From NCBI GenBank assembly GCA_030390025.1, contig CM059432.1:61506001-61570000 (forward strand): 64,000 bases of DNA, given 5' to 3'. The notes under the pieces were generated by a model, which did no database searches, was not told the origin of the DNA, and saw only the letters and a list, made by a program, of their open reading frames with translations. The position numbers were made by a program, and so were the translations under genes. The DNA is from Squalus acanthias. Taxonomy: Eukaryota. Each line of letters opens with the position of its first letter. The stretch's first letter is position 1. Positions 23,970 through 36,602 of this stretch are shown piece after piece.

Positions 23970-26900
23970 TGACAGCATCGGAAAAGGCGGCAAGATTTAA
24001 ACAGCGAGAGGAGACAGCGCGGACCTGAGCGGCACCTCCGACGATTTCAACAACAACAAAAACCAAGGACTGACGTCACAGGACAGCGGGTAGGTGATTG
24101 GTTGGTGAGTATTAATGTTTTTTCTCTCTCAGCTAGGACAGTGGTTTAAACTAGGAGCGGGAAACTATAACGTACGGTTTGAAATTTATAACTTAACTAG
24201 TTAAACTAATTAATATAACTATAAATAGTCATTGAATAAAGACTTTAACTAATTAAATAAATTAAATAAGGTTAGACTAAGACATGGCAGGGCAGGTTGT
24301 GTGTCTGGACTGCAGTATGTGGGAGTTTGTGGACAGCGAGACTGTCCCGAGCGAACACATCTGCAGTAGAGGTCTCCGTCTTGAATCTCTCCAGCTCAGA
24401 GTCATTGAGCTGGAGTGCGAGTTGGCGACAGTCCAACACATAAGGGAGGGGGAGGAGTATCTGGACAGTTTGCTTCAGACTTCAGTCACATCTCGTAGAG
24501 AGGTGCAGGATCAGAATGGGGTTGGTGTGACCGATAGTGTGCAGAGTAAGGGGAACCCAGGTAAGAAAGGGAACGAGGATCCACAGAAACTGATCCTATC
24601 CAACAGGTACAATGTACTTGCTACCTGTGAGGATTAGGATAAAGACTGTCGGAAGGACAGCCAGAAAGGGGACCATGGCACTTTGGAGCAGGAGGCTGTC
24701 CTAAGGGGGGAGGAGAGGGAGGAGAGAAAGCATAATGTGGTAGTTGTAGGGGATTCTCTAATTAGGGGGACAGATAGCATCCTTTGTAAGCAAGATCGAG
24801 AGTCCCACATGGTATGTTGCCTACCTGGTGCCGAACTGGCTTGAAAGGATATTGGAAGGGAGGGGGAGGATCCAGTCATTGTGGTCCATGTTGGGACCAA
24901 CAACATAGGGAAGAGTAGGCAAGAGGTCCTGTTTGGGGAGTACTAGGAGCTAAATTAAAGAACAAGACCTCAAAGGTTATAATCTCTGAATTATTACCTG
25001 AGCCACGTGCAAATTGGCGTAGAGATAAGCTGATTAGGGAAATAAACACGAGGCTAAAGGAGTGGGGTGGAAAAGAGGGGGTTTCCATTTCATAGGGCAC
25101 TGGCACCAGTATTGGGACAGGAAGGAACTGTACCGTTGGGACGGACTCCACCTGAACAGGTTTGGGACCAGGGTCCAAGCGGAAAGGATAAATAGGGCGG
25201 TCACAAGGACTTTAAACTAGTAAATGGGGGGAGGGCTCAGGGGGAAATAGTACAAATAGTAGTTCAAAAACAAACAAAAGGGAAGAGAGTAGAGTAGCAG
25301 TCAGAAATTGTGCTTTAGGCACAACAGGTATAGGGAAAACTAAAAGATGTAAAGCGATTAAACCAGGAGAGAGAAATAAGAAACATGTGAATAAAACATT
25401 AGAGCTGAAGGACAGGTTAGGGTGTGTGGCCCAAATAAGTGTTCTTTATACAAACGCGCAGAGTATAAGGAATAAATTGAATGAACTGCAGGCACGAATT
25501 CGAATTGGAGGGTATGACATGGTAGCCATTACTGAGACATGGCTGCAAGACAATCAGGACTGGGAACTAAATATACCAGGTTATAAGGTCTACAGGAAAG
25601 ATAGGGAAAATGGCAGGGGGGAGGAGTAGCCTTAGTGATTAAGGATGAAATAATTTCAATGATAAGAGAGGATTTAAAGAGAGGTAAGCAGCCAGTGGAG
25701 ATCTTATGGGTTGAATTAAGAAATAGGAAAGGATCAAAGACTGTAGTGGGAGTTGTGTATAGGCCCCCTGGTAGCAGCTCTGAAGTGCCAAATTGTATAA
25801 ATACAGAGATTAGACAAGCATGTAGTAAAGGCAGAGTAGTTTTAATGGGGGATTTTAACTTTCACATAGATTGGGAAAAGAGACTAGCACCTGTCAGAAA
25901 GGTAGTTAATTTCTTGAGTGTGTCCGGGATAGTTTTCTACAACAATATGTCCTAGAGGCAATAAGGGGCCAAGCCATATTAGATTTAGTAATGAGTAATG
26001 AGCCAGATTTAGTTAGCAGCCTAACTGTGCGTGAACATTTATCCAACCGCGATCATAACATGATCAAGTTCAACGTAGCGTTTGAAAGGAAGAAACACGA
26101 AACAGTTACTAAGATTCTAGATTTGGGTAAGGCCGACTTCAACGGGATGAGGCAGAGACTGTCCACAGTAAACTGGGCAAATCTGTTAATGGGTAAAATG
26201 ACAGAAGATCAGTGGGAGATGTTTAAAAAAGAATTTAATGTGATACAGAACCAGTTTATACCCCTGAGGAGCAAGAGCTCTACTTGCCAAAAAAAACAGT
26301 TATGGACAATCAAAGAGGTAAGGGACAGCATAAAACTAAAGGAAAGCGCATACAAAAATGCAAGAAATAGCACAGATCCTGGTGAATGGGAAAGATACAA
26401 AGAGCAGCAAAGGATCATAAAACAGATAGTAAGAGCTACAAAAAGGGAGTAAGAAAAGAAATTTGCAAGGGATATCAAAATCAATACAAAGAGTTTTTAT
26501 AGTTACATTGGGAAAAAGAGGGTAGTCAGGAGCAATGTTGGCCCCTTAAAAACTGAAAGTGGTGATATTGTCGATGACAATGAGGAAATGACGAACATGT
26601 TGAATAATTACTTTGCGTCAGTAATTACAGTAGAAGAAGAGGATAGCATGCCAGAAATCCCAAAGAAACTAATATTGAATCGGGGACAGGGACTCAATAA
26701 AATTAGCGTAAGTAAAATAACAGTAATGAAGAAAATAATGGCGCTAAAGAGTGACAAATCCCCAGGGCCAGATGGTTTCCATCCCAGGGTTTTAGAGGAA
26801 GTAGGTGAGCACATTGTAGATGCCCTAACTATAATCTTCCAAAGTTCTCTAGATTCAGGAACCGTCACTTTAGATTGGAAAATTGCACCTGTCACTCCAC

Positions 26901-28314
26901 TTTTTAAGAATGGCGAGAGAGGGAAACCAGTGAATTATAGACCAGTTAGCCTAACATCTGTTGTCGGGAAATTGCTAGAGTCTATAATTAAGGATAGGGT
27001 GACTGAACACCTTGAAAATTTTCAGTTGATCAGAGAGAGCCAGCATGGATTTGTGAAAGATAGGTCGTGCCTGACAAACCTGATTGAATTTTTGAAGAGT
27101 TGACTAAAGTAGTGGACAGGAGAATGTCTATGGATGTTATTTATATGGACTTCCAGAAGGCATTTGATAAAGTCTCACATAAGAGACTGTTAACTAAGGT
27201 AGAAGCCCACAGAATTGAGGGCAAATTATTGACCTGGTTAGGAAATTGGCTGAGCGGCAGGAGACACAGAGTAGGGATAATGGGTAGGTACTCAAATTGG
27301 CAGGATGTGACTAGTGGTGTGCCGCAGGGATCTCTGTTGGGGCCTCAACTATTCACAATATTTATTAACGACTTAGATGATGGCATAGAAAGTCATATAT
27401 CGGATTTGCCGATGACACAAAGATAGGCGGCATTGTAGGCAGTGTAGATGAAAGCATAAAATTACAAAGGGATATCGATAGATTAAGTGAATTAGGCAAA
27501 AATGTGGCAAATGGATTTCAATGTAAGCAAATGTGAGGTCATCCACTTTGGACCTAAAAAGGATAGAATAGATTACTTTCTAAATGGTGAAAAGCTAAAA
27601 ACAGTGAATGTCCAAAGAGATTTGGGGTTCAGGTACATAGATCATTAAAATGTCATGAACAGGTACAGAAAAAAATCAAAAAGGCCAATTGATTGCTGGC
27701 CTTTATATCTAGAGGACTAGAATACAAGGGGGTAGAAGTTATGCTGCAGCTGCACAAAACCCTGGTTAGACCACACCTGGAGTACTGTGAGCAGTTCTGG
27801 GCACCACACCTCAGGAAGGATATATTGGCCTTGGAGGGAGTGCAGTGTAGGTTTACCAGAATGATACAGAACTTCAAGGGTTAAGTTACGAGGCGAGATT
27901 ACACAAATTAGGGTTATTTTACCTAAAATTTTGAAGGTTATGGGGTGATCTGATTGAAGTTTTCAGGATTTTAAGGGGAACAGATAGGGTAGATAGAGAA
28001 AAATTATTTCCGCTGGTTGGGGATTCTAGGACTAGGGGCCATAGTCTAAAATTAGAGCCAGACCTTTCAGGAGTGAAATTAGGAAACACTTCGACACAAA
28101 AAGGGTGGTAGAAGCTTGGAACTCTCTTCTGCAAACGGCAATTGATGCAAGATCAATTGTTAATTTTAAATCGGAGATTGATAGCTTTTTGTTAACCAAA
28201 AGTATTAAGGGATATGGGCCAAAGGTGGGTTAGATCGCAGATCAGCCCTGATCTCATTGAATCATGGAACAGGCTCGAGGGGCTAAAGGGCCTACTTCTG
28301 TTCCTATGTTCCTA
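23970..28314 (+). mobile_element. Near full-length CR1 LINE: 5' UTR, ORF1 (Zn-finger + SGNH esterase), ORF2 (APE endonuclease + RT); many stops and frameshifts
   Basis: ORF1 from 24284 (CLDC..HICS, GDSLIRG, HVGTN, DGLH). ORF2 motifs YTNAQS, ITETW, GDFN, DHN, KSPGPDG, QHGF, DFQKAFD, GVPQGS. TTCCTATG tail. 5' boundary approximate. Confidence 0.93.
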
Positions 28315-29470
28315 CAATGAAGAGGACATGGAGGAGTAAAGCATGTAAGCAGCACCATGCATGCAAGCAACACCTGATCCGCAGTTATCCCATCACAGGG
28401 TCTAAGGACCACGGAGGAGCTATCTGGTATTTTCTTTTAGGGGATTTAGGTTGAGTTTTCACCCAGATACCAAAACAGAGATATGCCAGCTCTTGGAACC
28501 TGACTGGCAATCTCTTTCCACCAGGGGCACCATCTTGCCTCTGGTTGTTAAGGTGACAACAACGCTTAACTTTTATGCATCCAGATAGTTCCAGGTAGCC
28601 TCTAGTGACAATCACACCAGTTAGTCAACAGTTCATCACTGCATTAGACATGTCATGGATGTCCTGTTCAGGCACAACTCTGAATTCATTCAGTTCCACG
28701 TGGACCTAGTAAAGCAAAGAGAGAGAGCCATCAATTTCTTTCAAGTGACTAGACTCCCACCTGTGCAAGGTGCTATTGATGCCACCCATGTAGCTATGAA
28801 GGTCCCATCTGAAAGCCTCATCTACTTCCTGAACAATGAATTTCATTTCTTGAATGTCCAGATAGTAAGTGTTGTGTGCCATCTCATTCTGCATGTCAAT
28901 GTATGTTACCCGGGGAGTAGTTATGATTTGTTTAATCTCAGGCAATCCAGGATACCTGCACTGTTCAGCTGCAGGAATTTGACAGGATGGCTGATAGGAG
29001 ACCCAATTTAACCTTGACTCCTTTATGACAGTGACTGAAAACAGGTTCGATTAGGCGTGGGCTCTAGAATCATAGGGATGGGCAATAAATCTCAGCTTTG
29101 GCAGCAATGTCCATATCCCGAGAATGAATTAAAAGAAAGATCATCGGAATTCTCAAAGCCTATTTCCATTGTCTGGACAGATCAGAGAAGCTCTCATTAC
29201 AGTCCAGCAAGGGTTTCCAGAATTGTAGTGGGTTGCTGAATCCTCCATAATTTGGCCATTACAAATGGATTGGACCTTCCAAACACAAAAGTAAAGAGGA
29301 AGAAGGTGGTGAAGACCAAGTCCCTGCTCACAACAAAGATGCCCAGGAGAAAGAGAGAGAGACAGTAAGTGGAAGAGAGAGAGAGAAAGACACAGTAAGT
29401 GCACCCGGACAGCTTGCTGCCTGCTGCATGTGCGATCAGGCAAATGGTCATCAACTTCTTCCATTAATGA
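28315..29470 (+). pseudogene. H3 degenerate Harbinger transposase (element probably begins about 23560 and is split by the CR1)
   Basis: ORF 28655-29011 (PPVQGAIDATH..FHFLNVQIV..YPGSSYD..GWLIGD) and YSPARVSRIVV at about 29197. Confidence 0.8.
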
Positions 29471-29808
29471 GAGTGTCCTTTATCTACATGATACAGTAAG
29501 CTCTTCATGATCCTTTGCCTTGCATTCATTTAACCATTCAGCAAATCTGCAATACCTCTAATATCCTCCCTGGGAAAGGACAGTAACAAACATTTATCAC
29601 CATATAAGAGGGATAACAGGAGTCTAACGAAAGAAAGTTCACGTTATCTCCCAGTTTGTCCGTTCAGTTTGTTCTCCTACTACTGCTGCTTCTCATCACC
29701 TTGACTGCCTTTTGTGCCTAAAACGCTTTTCACTCATGATCCAAGCCTCTTACACCTGCTTGGTGCTACATCAATGTCAGAGGTTGTGATGTTTCTGGTT
29801 GGGACTAT

Positions 29809-30543
29809 GGGTAAAAAATTGGGTTGCTTTGCGCCTCCCGTTAGTGCCCTAAGAGGGTGCTAACGGGGCGCAAAGCAACTGGTGCCCGGGCGCGGTGCCG
29901 CCCACGCCTCCCGTGAAATTCAGTGGGAGGTTAGCAGCGGCGCGAACCAGTAGCGCCCTGCGGTGCTGCGCCACCAGCGATGACGTCATCGCCGTGCGCA
30001 ACGCCCCGGCCGCGATCTTCGGAACGCCCCCTGACTTACCGCCGGACGCTATGTCCGACGGGGTCAGGGGGACCTTCCCACGGCGGGGGAGGCGCTATTT
30101 AAAGGCGAGGTGCGTGGCGGCCATTTTTGTTGCTGGCTGCCTGCCAGCCAGCACCTGCCTGCGCTCCCGTCCCCAGCCTCCTGAACGCCCCCCCGCGCCC
30201 CCCCCCCGTGGAGTGCCGACTGCGCTCCAAGAGCCCGGCACTTCTCTTGAGTGCCAGGCTCTTTTGCCGGCACTCCCGATCCCCGGGGACCCAGCTGGGC
30301 CCCGGGTCGCGCTGCGCAAGGCCCCTCCCCTTTAAGAAGAGGAGGAAGGCCTGCAATACCGCGGCACATAGCGCCACGATATTAACTCGCAGCGCCCCAA
30401 GAGGGATGCGGGGTGCTTCCAGTAGCGCCCTGCTTCCCTCTTGGGGCACAACCACTCAATTTCCGGCGCGGGGGCGTTAATTTTTCCATGGCACTAAAAG
30501 TAGCGCCCTGGCGAAGTTTGGGGCACTACTCAATTTTTAACCC
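29809..30543 (+). mobile_element. GC-rich Harbinger-type MITE
   Basis: TIRs GGGTAAAAAATTG / CAATTTTTAACCC; inverted homologue of 32101-33701. Confidence 0.8.
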
Positions 30544-30559
30544 AAAATCTTTTAACAAT

Positions 30560-31075
30560 ATAAATATAAGTTTATTCATTCTTCGTTACCAAACCCAGAC
30601 CAGAAGCTCCCTCCTGTGTTGGCATAGATGCATTGATGCAGGCACCTGATGAAGAAGTAGCGACATCTTCAAATACAGCTTGCAGCTCTGGATACGTGTT
30701 CAGTAAGGCTAATGGTCTGCGTGAAACCAGCCAAACATTACTAGTTAAGTCTTGAAAGCACTGAGCTGGGGTACTCTTCAGTGCTTCTATGGAAGCAGTC
30801 TTTGCTGTTACTTTGGAAGTAAAAACTGCCTTTCGGGCCTCTTCTTGATGTCTTGAGGCTCCATTGATCTACTGAATTGCCGCAGTCACCAGGGTGATCC
30901 TCACATCATGCCATACTTCCTGCATTATGTTGTAGATGCAGGTTCTGGACTCGACCAACTTATCCACTGTCTGCAACACATGAGAAGAGATTGTCTCCAT
31001 TGCCTGCACTTGTGATCTATGCTCCTGAATCATAAATCTTAAGGACTGGGCCCCTGAGATCTTGGTCTGTCGTTT
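30560..31075 (-). pseudogene. Probable remnant of H3 Myb-partner exon 3 (coiled-coil region)
   Basis: MIQEHRSQVQAMETISSHVLQTVDKLVES..LVTAAIQ resembles the exon 3 coiled-coil of H2/H6. It lies convergent to the H3 transposase. Confidence 0.45.
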
Positions 31076-32100
31076 AAGAACATAAGAACATAAGAAATAG
31101 GAGCAGGAGTAGGACATTTGTCCCTTTGAGTCTGCTCCGCCATTCAATAAGATCAAGGCTGATCTTTTACCTCATCTCCACTTTCCTGCACTATCCTCAT
31201 ATCCTGTGATTCCCTTAATATTCAAAAATCTATCGATCTCTGTCTTGAAAATACTCAACGACTGAGCCTCCAGAGCCCTCTGAGGTAGAGAATTCCAAAG
31301 ATTCACCACCCTCTGAGTGAAGAAATTTCTCCTCATCTCAGTCCTAAATGGCCAACCCCTTATTCTGAGACTGTGACTCCTGGTTTTAGACGCCCCAGCC
31401 AGGGGAAACATCCTCCCTGCATCTACCCTGTCAAGAATTTTGTATGCTTCAATGAGATCACTTCTCATTCTTCCAAACTCTAGCGAATATAGGCCGAGTC
31501 TACTCAATCTCTCCTCATAGAACAATCTCTCCCATCCCAGGAACCTGTCTGCTGAACCTTTGTTGCACTCCCTCTATGGCAAGTATATCCTTCCTTGGGT
31601 AAGGAGACCAAAACTGTACATAATACTCTAGGTGTAGTCTTACCAGGGGCCTATGTAATTGCAGTAAGACGTCTTGACTCTTATACTCAAATCCTCTTGT
31701 AATAAAGGCCAACATACCATTTGCTTTCTTAATTGCTTGCTGTACCTGCATGTTAACTTTCAGTGAATCGTGTACAAGGACACCCAGGTCCCTCTGAACA
31801 TCAACATTTCCCAATCTCTCACCATTTAAAAAGTACTCTGCTTTTCTATTTTTCCTACCAAAGTGGATAACTTCACATTTCTCCATATTTTTTTCCATTT
31901 GCCATGTTCTTGCCCACTCACTTAGCCTGTCTATATCCCGTTGAAGCCTCCTTGCATCCTCCTCACAACCTATATTGCCACCCAGCTTTGTATTATCAGC
32001 AAACTTGGATATATTACATTTGGTCCCCTCATCCAGATCATTAATGTAGATTGTGAATAGCTGAGGCCCAAGCACTGATCCTTGCGGTCATAGAGTCTTG

Positions 32101-33267
32101 GGGGGAAAAATTGAGTCGCGCCCCCTTTGGGGTGCTAACTTCACCGGGGTGCTACTTTTAGCGCCCCAAAAAATGTCGCGTCCTCGCAGCCGAAATTCAT
32201 CGGTAGCACCCCAAGAGGGAATCGGGGTGCTACTGGAAGCACCCCGCCTCCCTCTTGGGGCACTGTGAGGGACTAGCGCCGCGGTATTGCAGGCCTTCCT
32301 CCCCTTCTTAAAGGGGCGGGGCCTTGCACAGCGCGACCCGGAGCCCACCTGGGCCAGCGGGATCGGAGTGCCGGCAAAAGAGCCTGGCACTCAAGAGAAG
32401 GGGGGGGGGGCTGCTCAGGAGGCCAGGGACGGCAACGGAGGCAGATGCTGGCAGGCAGCCAGCAACAAAAATGGCCACCCGGCACCTCGCCTTTAATTAG
32501 CACCGCCCTGGCCTCAGGTAGGCCCCCCTGACCCCGTCGGACATAGCGTCTGGCGGTAATTCAGGGGGCGCTGCTGAAGATTGCGAGCGGGGCGCTGCAC
32601 ACGGCGATGACGTCATCGCTGGCAGCGCAGCACCACAGGGCACTAAAGGTTACCGCTGCTGCTAACCTCCCGCTGAATTTCACGGGAGGCCTTGGCGGCT
32701 CCGCGCCCGGGCGCTAGTTGCTTTGCGCCCCGTTAGCGCCCTAAGAGGAGGCGCAAAGCAACAAGGGGGAAAAATTCAGTATCGCCCCGTTTTGGGGCGC
32801 AATTATCGGCCAGGCGCAAAGATTATCGGCTGGCGCTAATTATCGCCTCCGACTGCAAACTTGACTTGTATCGCCCCTGGTGGTGATTGGAGCGCTAAAT
32901 CAGGCGCTACACATCTGTCTTAAGGCGCAAAGGCCGAGGAGCGAGGCGCTAACTCAGAGCGCTGGCGAAGCTCATGAGATGTCAGTCAGCAATGGAACAC
33001 AGACACAATGGCCCCGGCCAGTTCTAAAAGTGGAGGGTTGATCTTGCTTTCCATCCACATCCTGCTCATTGCAGCCTTGAATCTCGGCCTGGAGAGACCT
33101 GTACATCAAATCTGCTGGAAAGAGCAATGGAGAGTAGCAGGGAAAGAGCTCCGAGTGCAACCCCCACAGTCTGTTCTAAATCGATACAAGGAAGGGCAAA
33201 TCAAAATGAACCTGCAAAGTGCTGCTCAGTACCCAAAACTCCTTCACACAGCGTTGAATCTCTCCAG

Positions 33268-33306
<39 letters not shown>

Positions 33307-33701
33307 AATGCATGGTTCAAAAATGTCGCCAACAAAAAAAGGCAGGAGGCGGTTGCCTTTAAATAGCGCTCCCCCAGCCCCTTCCTGACTGCAAAACGCT
33401 CCCCTGAACCTGTCGTTGCTAGCGGCAGGCGGTAAGGCAGGGGGCACAACTCAATATCCGCTCCGGGGCGCTACCGGGGCGTTGCGCACTCGACTGACGT
33501 CACGATCTGCCGGCGCAGGGGATTGTGGCGGTAGTGTTTAGCGCTGCCGCAAAATGTCTAGTTAATTTCGCGAGCGGCGCAAACATCGCCACACCCGGGC
33601 GCTAGTTGCTTTGCGCCCCATTAGCGCCCTATTAGCGCCCTCTTAAGGTGCTAACGGGAGGTGCAACCAACTGAATTTTTCCCCCCAAGACTTTTCCCCC
33701 C
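32101..33701 (-). mobile_element. Harbinger-type MITE A (interrupted near its end by MITE B)
   Basis: GGGGGAAAAATTG start. After removing B the end reads GGCGCAAAGCAACAAGACTTTTCCCCCC. Flanks TTG/TAG. Confidence 0.8.
32765..33685 (-). mobile_element. Non-autonomous Harbinger derivative (MITE B), containing a (CT)n tract
   Basis: TIRs GGGGGAAAAAATTCAGT / ACTGAATTTTTCCCCC with CAA TSD (32762-64, 33686-88). Both ends resemble the 12409 MITE. Confidence 0.82.
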
Positions 33702-35876
33702 TAGAGTCATAACGGCACAGAAGGAGGCCATTTGGCCCATCGAGTCCGTGCTGGCTCTCTATAGAGCAATCCAGTCAGTCCCATTCCCCCGCTCTATCCT
33801 CATAGCCCTGCAAGTTTATTTCCCTCAAGTGCCTATCCAGTCTCCCCTTGAAAACATTGAATGTCTCCGCCGCCACCACTGTCGGCAGCGAGTTCCAGGT
33901 CCTCACCACTCGCTGCATAAAAAAGTTTTCCCTCACGTCCCCCCTGTATCTCTTGCCTAAAATCTTAAATCTGTGTCCCCGAGTCCTTGTACCATCAACT
34001 AGTGGGAACAGCCTTTCCCCGTCTAGCCTATCCAAACCCGTCATAATCTTGTACACCTCTATCAAATCACCCCTCAACCTCCTTTGCTCTAATGAAAACA
34101 AATCCAGCTTCTCCAACCTGTCCTTGTAGCTAAGATCCCCTATCCCCAGAACCATTCTGGTAAATCTCCTCTGCACCCTCTCAAGGGCCTTCACATCCTT
34201 CCTAAAGTGTGGTGACCAGAACTGGACGCAATACTCCAGTTGTGGCCTAACCAGCGCTTTATAAAGGTTCAACATAACTTCTCTACTTTTGTACTCAATG
34301 CCTCTATTTATGAACTGACCCCTGGGGAACACCACTGTCTACCATCCTTCAGTCTGAAAAACAGCCATTTACCACAACTCGCTGTTTTCTGTCCTTAAGC
34401 TAATTCCTTATCCAAGCTGCCACTGACCCACCTATTCCACGAGCCTCAATTTTGTTAACCAGCCTTCTATGTGGTACTTTGTCAAACGCCTTCCTAAAAT
34501 CCATGTAGACAACATCCATTGCATTCCCTTCATCAATCCTCCCTGTTACTTCATCAAAAAATTTAATTAGATAAGTCAAACATGATCAGCCTTTTACAAA
34601 TCTGTGTTGGCTCTCCTTAATTAGCTTAAACCTCTCCAAGTGCCTGTTAATTTTATCCTTGATTGTTTCTAAAACTTTAGACACCACTGATGTTAAACTG
34701 ACCGGCCTGTAATTAGTAGGATTGTCCTTACACCCTTTCTTGAACAATGGTGTCACATTTGCCACTTTCCAATCCTCAGGCACCTCCCCCGCATCTAGGG
34801 AAGATTGGAAAATTATGGCAAGCCCTTCCGCCATCTCCTCCCACAATTCCCTTCGCAACCTGGGATGCAAGCCATCTGTACCAGGTGACTTATTCACTCT
34901 AAGCATACCCAGCCTTTCTAGTACATCCTGTCTATCAATTTTCACCCCTTCCATTGCATTCACCTTTTCCACTTCTACCGATATTTTGTCAGCATCCACC
35001 TCCTTAGTAAACACCGATAGAAAGTACTCATTGAGTATTCTAGTCTTGCCCTGCACCTCTAAGCATATATCACCTTCTTTGTCACTAATATGCCCCACCC
35101 CGCCTCTTACTACCCGCTTACTGTTTACATGCCAGTAGAAGATATTTGGGCTCCCTTTTATGTTAACCGCCATTCTACTCTCATATTCTCTCTTTGCCAA
35201 TCTTATTTTCATCTTCACTTCCCCTCTCAACTTATTGTATTTGGTCTGGTTCTCCCTTGAAGAATTCACCTAACATTCATCATACACCCTCTTTTTTTTG
35301 TTTCATCACTGATCCTTGCGATACCCTACTAGTTACAGCCTGCCAACCTGAAAATGACCCGTTTATTCCTACTCTCTGTTTTCAGTCCATTAACCAATTC
35401 TCAGTCCATGCTAATATATTACCCCCAGTCCCATGAGCCCTAATTTTGTTTAATAACCTCTTGTGTGGCACCTTATCGAATGTCTTCTGAAAATCCAAAT
35501 ACACCACATCCATTGGTTCCCCCCTATCTATTCTGCTAGTTACAACCTCAAAAAACTAACAGATTTGTCAAACACAATTTCCTTTTCATAAATCCGTGTT
35601 GACTCTGCCCAATCCTATTATTATTTTCTAAGTGCCCTGTTACCACGTTCTTAATAATAGATTCTAGCATTTTCCCTACTACTGATGTCAGGCTAACTGG
35701 TCTGTAGTTCCCCCTTTTCTTTCACCCTCCTTTCTTAAATTGTGCGGTTACATTTGTTCCCTTCAAAATCCGCTGGAACCGTTCTAATACTAATTTCTTT
35801 CAGTTCCTCATTCCCCTGTGTTCTCCACTATTTCCAAGAAGTTTTTTGCGTCTTCTTCCATGAAGACAGACACAAA

Positions 35877-36602
35877 GGGCTGGATTTTGTCTTGGGGTCG
35901 GGTTGGGGTCGTGTCATCCGCATTTCGTGTTGCCCCCCCCCGGACTCCAGATTAATGTGGATGAATGATGCAATTTTCACTTAATTGGGCAATTGAGTTC
36001 CAGCATGTGGGAACCCATGAACCAATTAGTGGTTTCAGTCTGAAAGTCGCCTCTGATGATGTCATCATTGCAGGTCAGAGACTGACAGCCTGGTCTCAGA
36101 GACTGCCTGGCTTTTGCTGTGAGTGGACCTGGATATATGAGAGAGAGAATGAGAATGAATTTTTTTTCCATCCAGGTCCTCTCACAGCAAGGCCAGGCAG
36201 TCTCTGAAGACATTCAATGCAGCAGCATCAGAGGTGACTTTCAGACCTAATACTGCCTTCATCACATCTCCGTTGTAATAGTGGACCTGCAGCTGATAGT
36301 CAGCTATCCACTTGTGTTCCCGCCAAGTTTCACTGGAGTGTTTCACATCAGGCGTATTTCACATCGGAAAAGGGTTAAACTAGCTAAAACGTTTCAAAAT
36401 GGCATTACAGAGCCAATTTAGGGCTTGTTAAGGGCTTTAATGGCCTCTCCCGCCTCTTGGAGGCGGCACGGAGTCGGGAACCCCGCGACCGATTTTGTCA
36501 AAATTGCGTGGAGGCGGGATGGGGTCGGGACCCCCGACCCCGCAACTTTAACCCCCCACATACCTCCAAACCCAACTCCACGGGTCATTGAAAATCCAGC
36601 CC
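35877..36602. mobile_element. Harbinger-type MITE with internal fold-back
   Basis: Perfect TIR GGGCTGGATTTT / AAAATCCAGCCC and AAA TSD. Removal restores CR1 LNKYFVSVF. Confidence 0.88.

Larger units (their letters stand above)
32087..35306 (-). mobile_element. Second CR1 (5'-truncated) inserted in the first; its tail is interrupted by MITEs
   Basis: 14-bp TSD CACTGATCCTTGCG at 32073-32086 and 35307-35320. ORFs 33775-34335 and 34586-35269. (GACTCTAT)n tail split between 32087-97 and 33702-11. Confidence 0.9.

Noticed and set aside
29895..30480. Overlapping GC-rich ORFs or CpG-island gene (also 12654-13078 and 32088-32503)
   Set aside because: Stop-poor GC-rich MITE interiors bounded by TIRs, with no protein motifs.
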